Part shown: positions 61,204 through 64,000 of the stretch, in pieces
Position numbering within the stretch: position 1 is the first letter of the stretch
Layout: every line of letters starts with the position of its first letter
Source: Podarcis pityusensis
Lineage: Eukaryota
Direction: 5' to 3' (one strand)
DNA length: 64,000 nt
Assembly: GCA_964106645.2 (NCBI GenBank)
Contig: OZ067047.1
The notes under the pieces: model-generated
Told to the model about the DNA's origin: nothing
Database searches by the model: none
Seen by the model: only the letters and a program-made list of their open reading frames with translations
Position numbers and translations under genes: made by a program

Positions 61204-61561
61204 CCAGGGGTGACCAATATGCTAAGATGTTGTTGGGTCCCATCAGTCCCAACCAACATGACCAGTCATAGAACTGTCCAGTTGGAAGGAACTCCAAGAA
61301 TCAAGAAGTCTAGCTCCCTGCAATTCAGGAATCTCAATTAAAGCATCCATGACAGATGGCTATCCAAGCTCTGCTTTAAAAGGAAAGCCCACAACCTCCC
61401 TAGGGAGCCCATTCTTACTGCCAGAAAGTTCACCCCGATGTTTAGTTATAATTTGCTTTCTTGTAACTTGAATCCATTGGTTTTAGTCCTACCCTCTGGA
61501 GCAGGAGAACACAAGCTTGTAGTCCAGCAACATCTGAATGGCACCATGTTGGCTACACCTG
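61204..61561. mobile_element. hAT MITE interrupted by a minus-strand CR1 3' fragment (~61265-61516)
   Basis: MITE halves caggggtgaccaa..agatgttgttgg and ttgtagtccagcaacatct..ttggctacacctg flank sequence homologous to the CR1 at 45197-45430. Confidence 0.7.
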
Positions 61562-63902
61562 ACCTGAAGTACATATATTGCACCTTCCTTCAGAAAAAAA
61601 GTTAGCAAGTATTTTTAAAGTTTGGAGAAATGCAAACCTAGCAGATGGCTGTGGAACTGGCTTATAACCAGCCTTCTCTTGGAGAGGAGCCTTCCTAATA
61701 AAAACAAATGTAATCCTAAACCTTTCAACCAGCTGAGCAGTATGTAGAATCCTTTTTATGTTCAGGGAAGATAGCTGCTTTTTGTATATAAAATACAACA
61801 ACAGCCTGTGGCTTGCAGATTAAACAGGAACATCCTCTACTTACGGATCAAAGGATAAACGAACTTGACCATTTTTCAATGTGGTTGTGCATTGTTTGGC
61901 AACTGACTGGCTCTGACTTGCCCATTTTTCACCAGTTAGGAATTCAGAAATACGACATACAGGTCAAGTAAGGGGAATTGGAGGTTGTGAATTCCTGTGT
62001 TTTTGTCCCTTAACTTGCCCCACTGGTAAATTAAAGAAGTCGAGATCAAGTGCCAACATACCACTACTGGTTTTAATTGGTCTTCACCACAGAAAGAAAG
62101 CAAGCAGCATGAAGCAGCCCCACCCCCTCAAATTTCCAAAGCAAATTGCATTAGGATGTAAATTCAGAATTTTGCCTTTAGGTGTGGTTATTCCTCATGC
62201 TCCAGAAAAGATCATAGGTGAGATCAGAAGTTGTTATAATTATGAAAATGACAACAAATCTGCTACTGATGCTTGCATTATGTTTCTGCATGAGCTCATA
62301 CAGAGAAACAAACTCCTTTTTAGTGACTGAACAGGTATTTTACATTGAGAGATTTGCACTCCACACATGCTCAGAATCAGTATGTCATATTGTATAGGGT
62401 TGAGGACTACAACTACTATTACCGCTAAATCGAGGGCTAGACACTTTACAGGTCAGAAACATTTATTTCTGCTTAATAAATGCACTTTTAAGTCCTTAGC
62501 ACTCTTTACAGTAGTTCACACTGAGAGAGGACTTTAGTTGAGGACATAAACTTTGTAACTGTTGCAGAAGATTTAATAGGAAAATAATCAGACTTGCTTG
62601 TTTAGGGGCTGTTTGAATTTGACTGAACATGGGGTCTGGTAGATTTCCTCTGAACCAGGAGACAGGGCTAAAATAGCATGCATGTCTGTAGTAAGTTTAG
62701 TAAAGTTTAGGTCTACAGACAACTCAGGTAACTGTCAAGCAATCCTATACATGTCTACTCAGAAGTCCCATTGAGCTCAACAAGGTGTACTCCCAGAAAA
62801 GTGAGTACAATATTACAACCTGAATGGAATCAAGTAAGACAAAACTCCCAAATACATAACTGGGTGATACCTAGAACCAAAATGTTAGTTGGCAAACTCT
62901 GGTTGACATCCTAGGGGCCAGGATCCCCATACTTTAGTGTGTGTAGCCACAGAGACTACCAGTGGCAAGGCTAGACCACACAGCCCCACAACCCTTGCCC
63001 CCCGCCATCAGTAACAGGGTGCAAATTCTTTTTTAAAAGGGTACACAACCATACTCCTGCAGTGCTCGTTCATTTAAATATAATAGAAGTTCAGTCCTCT
63101 ACATTCTTCTGTCTTCCTAAGAGAATGTCCCCTACAATGCTTCTGTCCTCTACAATGTCCTCTACAATGCTTCTGTCTGCCTCAGAGAATGTACAGTAAA
63201 AGAGAGCCTAGAAAATGTTTCTGTCCTTTGTTTTTATACTTGTAGGCTGCTTCGAAACCTATTTTGGCATTGGGCGGTATATAAATTAATAAATAATAAT
63301 AAAGGGTGGGGGTGACAATACTGAACATGGTTCTCTGGGTATGCGGAGGGACAAGATTATGAAATCCTATTCATAAATGTGCGCAGACAGCGCAAAAAGT
63401 AAGTCAGACCCTCTTAAGCAATTCTTAGAGAAGCACTAGCAGATTTTAGTTATTTTTTATGAACACAGAGCCAGATAAGTGAAAAACAGGGTCCTATCTC
63501 AGAAGGCTAACAGTTCTCAGAAGGAAGATAAGGAAGAGATAGGTGCGAAGCCAGAATCGATACAAAAGTCATGTTGATGAAGCAGCGGAGGGTAAGCTGA
63601 GGTGAGGTTAAGGGAAAACATTGCTGCTGAAGATAGAAGTTTTAAGGAAAGACTTGAAAGGGAAGCCCTAGCAATAGAAATGGGATCGGGGCCTAATCCC
63701 CATGCATCTTCACGAGGCTGCTTTTATTTCCATCTGCATCACCTTCTTAACTTCCATCTGCTTCAGGCACGTCAAGAAAAAAATTAAGCAGCTGCACAAA
63801 CCGAGGCCATGAAGACAGAAGAGTAATGCACTTCTAAAGACATTTACTTCTTAAAAGTAAATTCATACAAAGATTTGTTGCCACTCACTTTCAAGTAGGT
63901 GC

Positions 63903-64000
63903 CAGTGGCGTAGGAAGGGGGGTGTGGTGGGTGCGGGTCGGCCCAGGTGTCATCGCTGAGGGGGGGTGACAAAATGGCAAAAATATGTGTTTTTAAAATA
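63903..64000 (+). mobile_element. Probable hAT/Tip100-like element, left end truncated by the window edge
   Basis: CAGTGGCGTAGG terminus followed by a G-rich subterminal region. Confidence 0.45.

Overview
Vertebrate nuclear DNA, almost certainly from a squamate and probably a lacertid lizard. This is inferred from the Sauria SINE, Squam-type SINE, L2, CR1 and RTE content. Most of the window is AT-rich intronic or intergenic sequence carrying many SINE, LINE and MITE relics. Three features stand out. (1) A complete, very young Ty3/Gypsy (Mag/K02A2.6-like) LTR retrotransposon at 24373-29292 has identical 330-bp LTRs, a 5-bp TSD, a tRNA-Ser(GCU) PBS and a single 1374-aa gag-pol ORF. That ORF carries an unusual in-frame, self-templated 48-nt duplication inside RNase H. 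(2) A minus-strand 337-aa ORF at 48410-49423 encodes only the C-terminal part of an AKAP3/AKAP4 sperm fibrous-sheath protein. It runs uninterrupted through the position where I recall the last intron of mammalian AKAP3/4. Decayed, frameshifted AKAP-like sequence lies upstream, along with a candidate 5' exon and an RFX/CRE-type promoter, so it may be an N-terminally truncated AKAP paralogue that no longer binds PKA. (3) A 94-bp Penelope-like insertion at 8655-8748, flanked by a 14-bp duplication, contains a complete minimal hammerhead ribozyme core. Several minus-strand splice signals suggest the window lies in the 5' part of a large, unidentified minus-strand gene. There is no CRISPR array, rRNA or true tRNA gene. 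Repeat family names come from recalled consensus sequences and need database confirmation.
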